Origin: Pseudobacteriovorax sp.
Lineage (GTDB): Bacteria > Bdellovibrionota_B > Oligoflexia > Oligoflexales > Oligoflexaceae
Assembly: GCA_050293845.1 (NCBI GenBank)
Contig: JBNKNM010000095.1
Span: forward strand, 253-19,721
Length of the DNA stretch: 19,469 nucleotides
Reading direction: 5' to 3'
Position numbers and translations under genes: made by a program. The notes beneath the pieces are model-generated. The model did not search any database and was not told where the DNA came from. It worked only from the letters and a program-made list of their open reading frames with translations. Below, piece after piece: positions 16,272 through 19,469 of this stretch (position 1 is its first letter; each line of letters opens with the position of its first letter).

Positions 16272-16841
16272 ATGGATATTACTGCAGTAGTTATTTCTGG
16301 ATTAATCGGGACCCTAGGAATGTTCCTGCTTATGGAGCTAATTACCTTATCTGGCTTGGCGAACGCTGACATGGTTCGTGCACTTGGGAGCCTTATCACA
16401 AAGAAACAAGATGGCGCATTTAAGGTTGGCATCGGTATACACTTGGTATCGGGGGGGCTGTTCTCGGCATTGTATTGTTTTCTAATATCGATGATGCCCA
16501 TTGAAACCCCAATGGTAGCAGCCTTTGCTGGTGCTTTTGGAGGCTTTGTCCATGGCTTTATCATTAGTTATTTTCTTGTCATCGAAATCTCTGGTCGGCA
16601 TCCTGTTGAAGCTTATCGCAGAGCTGGTTTTGAAGTAGCGATTGCTCATATCGTGGGCCATATAGCCTTTGGTGCCATGGTTGGTTACGCATTCGGGGCA
16701 CAAACAATGGCAGTTAAGGCCTCAAGTACTTCTGAATTTGGACTAAGTTTGGCGCAAATTTATGGTACTGTGGCTGGTCTTTTAGCCTTGATAGCTATGT
16801 TAGGTGTCTCAGTGAAGCGTTATTTGCATCATGATAAGTGA
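16272..16841 (+). CDS. Uncharacterised multi-pass membrane protein (about 5 TM) with intramembrane His residues
   Basis: Within ORF 16083..16841; the probable start is ATG 16272 (AAGGA upstream). Hydrophobic helices carry IHLVSG, FVHGF and AHIVGHIAFG. Confidence 0.8.
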   Translation: MDITAVVISGLIGTLGMFLLMELITLSGLANADMVRALGSLITKKQDGAFKVGIGIHLVSGGLFSALYCFLISMMPIETPMVAAFAGAFGGFVHGFIISYFLVIEISGRHPVEAYRRAGFEVAIAHIVGHIAFGAMVGYAFGAQTMAVKASSTSEFGLSLAQIYGTVAGLLALIAMLGVSVKRYLHHDK

Positions 16842-16853
16842 GAACATCTCGCG

Positions 16854-16879
16854 AAGAGGCCACATGGTATTGGCCTCTT
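16854..16879 (+). terminator. Hairpin after the membrane-protein gene
   Basis: AAGAGGCCA-8 nt-TGGCCTCTT is a perfect 9-bp stem 12 nt after the stop; the U tail is weak. Confidence 0.5.
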
Positions 16880-16991
16880 AGGTTCATTTAGCATTCATTA
16901 ATTATTTGTAAATATAGATACTTACATTTAATAACTCACTATCAGAGTGGTGGTTTTCATGGGAACCTTAGAGAAGCGTGAAAATGACCGT

Positions 16992-17678
16992 ATGTATATG
17001 ATATTATTAAAAAACTGTCTATTTTGTAGCGTTCTATCTATAAATGCACTCAAGCGAATCCCAAGGTTGTTCTCCGTGACTCGGGCCTAAAGAACCGAGA
17101 TTGCGGCGAACCTTCGTTTAAAAGTATCAAGCTATTATCAACTACTACTGAAATAGATGGACATAAGTTATCAGATACGCTAAAGTATAAATGTGAGTCA
17201 CCGATAAGTCTGTGATTCAGGAATTTCGAGTCTCTTGATCTAACCCAATTAAGCCGCTCTGATTTTCAATCGTCAACCGAGACGGTATTCTTGCCAAAAG
17301 ATTTCGCCTCCATTATTCAAAAGGGCTTTTGTGACTTCCACTAAAAAGGGTCAGAAGTTCGATTTTTTATGCTCGTCTTACCTAAGCGAAGGTATAAGCT
17401 TTGGTTGGGGTGACAGCAAATTAATGCATATGGTCGCCGGTTTCTTTGGTAGAGGAAGTGAATGTCAAAGTCATTTGGACGAAATAGAGTATCTAAAAGT
17501 ATCTACAAAATTTGATTTTCTAGAAAAACTGCCAGTAAAGTCTTCAAAATACCAATTGCCAAGGCTTCGTCACAAGAGGTTGGTGATAGCATCCCAATCA
17601 AAGCTACTGCTTCTTAGCAAGCTCAAGTTTTTGAAGGTACGATTCCAATATCGAGGGAGAATGAACATATGTAGGTAG
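16992..17678 (+). pseudogene. Probable decayed gene for an exported protein of unknown family
   Basis: Signal-like MYMILLKNCLFCSVLSI, then a -1 shift into a 100-codon frame (17042-17344) with a single internal TGA (17213-17215), then a +1 shift into ORF 17331..17678. No family motif was recognised. Confidence 0.35.
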
Positions 17679-17721
17679 ATACTAATTACCTCATAAAACG
17701 GGGAAATTTTATTATATAATA

Positions 17722-17769
17722 ACTTAGGTAAATTCTTTTGACTATACTTAGGTAAATTCTTTTGACTAT
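17722..17769 (+). repeat. Perfect 24-bp tandem duplication (ACTTAGGTAAATTCTTTTGACTAT x2)
   Basis: Identical copies at 17722-17745 and 17746-17769, between a TATAAT (17715-17720) and the RRM gene RBS. Confidence 0.95.
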
Positions 17770-17788
17770 AAATAATAAGGAAAAAAAT

Positions 17789-18067
17789 ATGTCAAAAAAA
17801 CTATATGTAGGTGGACTTTCATACTCAACTACAGAAGATGAATTGCATAATCTTTTTGAAGATCAGGGAACCGTTCTTAGTGCAGTCGTTATTACAGATC
17901 GTGACTCCGGACGCAGTAAGGGTTTTGGATTTGTTGAAATGGCTTCTGAGCAAGAGGCATCGAATGCTATTGAGCAATTAAATGGCAAAAACGTCAGTGG
18001 TCGTAATATCATGGTAAACGAAGCTAGAGAGCGCGCTCCTAGAAGTGCTTCTACCTCTCGCTGGTAA
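17789..18067 (+). CDS. RNA-recognition-motif (RRM/RNP-1) RNA-binding protein
   Basis: RNP2 LYVGGL, RNP1 KGFGFVEM and C-terminal VNEARER; start ATG 17789 after AAGGA. Confidence 0.97.
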   Translation: MSKKLYVGGLSYSTTEDELHNLFEDQGTVLSAVVITDRDSGRSKGFGFVEMASEQEASNAIEQLNGKNVSGRNIMVNEARERAPRSASTSRW

Positions 18068-18076
18068 ATCTTTTTA

Positions 18077-18113
18077 AAATTGGTGGCCCTGACGACGGGC
18101 GCCAGTTTAATTT
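18077..18113 (+). terminator. Probable terminator hairpin after the RRM gene
   Basis: AAATTGGT(G)GCCC-TGACGAC-GGGCGCCAGTTT stem with one bulge and G-U pairs, followed by AT-rich sequence. Confidence 0.55.
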
Positions 18114-18312
18114 AATCAAGATAGAGCCATAAAAACCCCTTCTTTAGAAGCTCATGCTGGCAGGGGTTAAAAGGCACCCCCCCCTATATATTCTCCGTTT
18201 CATATTCTGCTGATTAATGCAGCTATATTTGAAGAAATTAAAGTGGTCTTAGCAGGTACCAAAAACGATGAGCGTTCTAGCAAGTTAGTATTGCTGTAGT
18301 GCAGGAGGGAAC

Positions 18313-18651
18313 ATGGAAAGATTTGAAGAGATTGGTAGCAATAACTGTCGCGATGGAGTAGCCAAAGATCGCGGTCTGAAAAACCTATGTAAAAAGAAGC
18401 TTTGTATCGTATCTTCAGACAAAAAGCTCATCTATGATTTGATGTTCGAAGCATCCCAAGCAAATGATTGCTATCAAGTAAAAATTCGCAAAGATGACCG
18501 GTTGAACGTGTTTTTTGGAGAGTGTACATTTACAAATGAGTCGTCAGCCGGTGATGCTTGGGCGAGGTATGAATCTCATCCAAGTGTTTGGGCAATAGTT
18601 CAGGATGACGAATTTTGCGATAAATTTAAGGATAAAGTTCGTCATTACTGA
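18313..18651 (+). CDS. Hypothetical protein (112 aa)
   Basis: Strong RBS AGGAGG and protein-like composition; no family recognised. Confidence 0.75.
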   Translation: MERFEEIGSNNCRDGVAKDRGLKNLCKKKLCIVSSDKKLIYDLMFEASQANDCYQVKIRKDDRLNVFFGECTFTNESSAGDAWARYESHPSVWAIVQDDEFCDKFKDKVRHY

Positions 18652-18697
18652 AAATTATATCTCGAGTATATTTCGTTTGATGGGGTTGCATCGCTTC

Positions 18698-19469
18698 TTA
18701 GCTTTCTGGTAACGGTATCCATTCATTTTCGTTGATTACTTTGGGGAAATTTCCTGCTTTCCAGTCCAACTTTGCTTGTTCGATTTTTTCTTGGGAACTA
18801 GAAACGTAATTCCACCAAATGTGCCGCTTTTCTGGAAAGCTTTGCCCACCAAAAACCATAAACTCGCTGCTATTACTTATAGATTTGAAGCTGATTGATG
18901 AACCTTTTCTAAAGGAAACTAGACTATAGCGCTCATAGGTATTACCCTCAATTTCTAGCCCCCCTTTTACAATATATACAGCCCCTTCTTCATCACTGGC
19001 CAGTTCATGATGAAACTTTCTACCCATCTTGGCCTTACCATTTAGGTAAAAAAGTTGTGAGTATGTGGGGATGGGGGATTCTTTTCCTTGAAACCTCCCT
19101 GCTATGAGTCTAAGCCAGATGTCATTTTTGTCTATTATTGGCAGCTCTTTTTCCTTGATATGAACAAAACTGGGATCGACATCCTCGTGCTCTTTGGGAA
19201 GAGCAACCCACAGTTGAATACCCTCCAGTGTCATGGCTTCACCATTGTCCCAGGCCTGGGCACGTTCGCTATGAGCGATCCCCTTTCCCGCTGTCATCCA
19301 ATTAACTTCTCCTGGTCTAATTGCTTGTTCATTACCGAGACTGTCACGATGCATAATCTCCCCAGTGAATAAATAGGTGATCGTCGCAATGCCTATATGA
19401 GGATGAGCGCGAACCGTTAAGGTCTTGTCCCCAACTAGGGTTGAGGGCCCCATATGGTCCCAGAATATG
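18698..19469 (-). CDS. Pirin-family (bicupin) protein, 5' end outside the window
   Basis: HPHIGIATITYLFTGEIMHRDSLG, WMTAGKGIAHSE and QLWVALP. The frame stays open upstream of 19453 (IFWDHMGP) to the window edge. Confidence 0.96.
   Translation of the reverse strand, partial: IFWDHMGPSTLVGDKTLTVRAHPHIGIATITYLFTGEIMHRDSLGNEQAIRPGEVNWMTAGKGIAHSERAQAWDNGEAMTLEGIQLWVALPKEHEDVDPSFVHIKEKELPIIDKNDIWLRLIAGRFQGKESPIPTYSQLFYLNGKAKMGRKFHHELASDEEGAVYIVKGGLEIEGNTYERYSLVSFRKGSSISFKSISNSSEFMVFGGQSFPEKRHIWWNYVSSSQEKIEQAKLDWKAGNFPKVINENEWIPLPES

Noticed and set aside
17722..17769. 24-bp repeats as a CRISPR array
   Set aside because: There are only two directly adjacent copies, with no spacers and no cas genes.
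18177..18184. C8 tract upstream of the 112-aa gene as a phase-variable promoter spacer
   Set aside because: The tract is short and no convincing -35/-10 pair brackets it.
829..19372. Numerous short ORFs antisense to or nested in larger genes (e.g. 829..1080, 3543..3839, 6533..6832, 8682..9035, 11127..11381, 13474..13776, 15267..15485, 16208..16564, 19088..19372)
   Set aside because: These are shadow frames of better-supported genes or relics and carry no motifs of their own.

Overview
Bacterial, AT-rich accessory region. The lipoprotein density, DUF3015/DUF4105 pair and stand-alone RRM protein suggest a Bdellovibrionota/Oligoflexia- or deltaproteobacteria-like genome, which is inference only. 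The most interesting element is a 5.3-kb cluster (826-6098) of five uncharacterised lipoproteins from two paralogous families. They lie in two divergent operons, each preceded by a correctly spaced sigma54 (-24/-12) motif, with a perfect IHF-consensus site between them and a hidden small ORF leading the left operon. Intact genes elsewhere encode a RimJ/RimL-type GNAT, a lipid-anchored S8 subtilase, an Xre/MbcA/ParS-type antitoxin, a DUF3015 plus DUF4105 (Lnb-like) pair, a 51-aa membrane peptide, a His-containing membrane protein, an RRM protein with a perfect 24-bp tandem repeat in its leader, a hypothetical protein and a pirin cut by the window edge. Several 'intergenic' spaces hold decayed genes that the ORF track misses or only partly captures: IS5 and IS6 transposase fragments, an M23 peptidase, the RES toxin partner of the antitoxin, a cytochrome c peroxidase C-terminus, an HU/IHF fragment and a frameshift-split metzincin. 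All family calls come from motif recognition by eye; no database searches were run.
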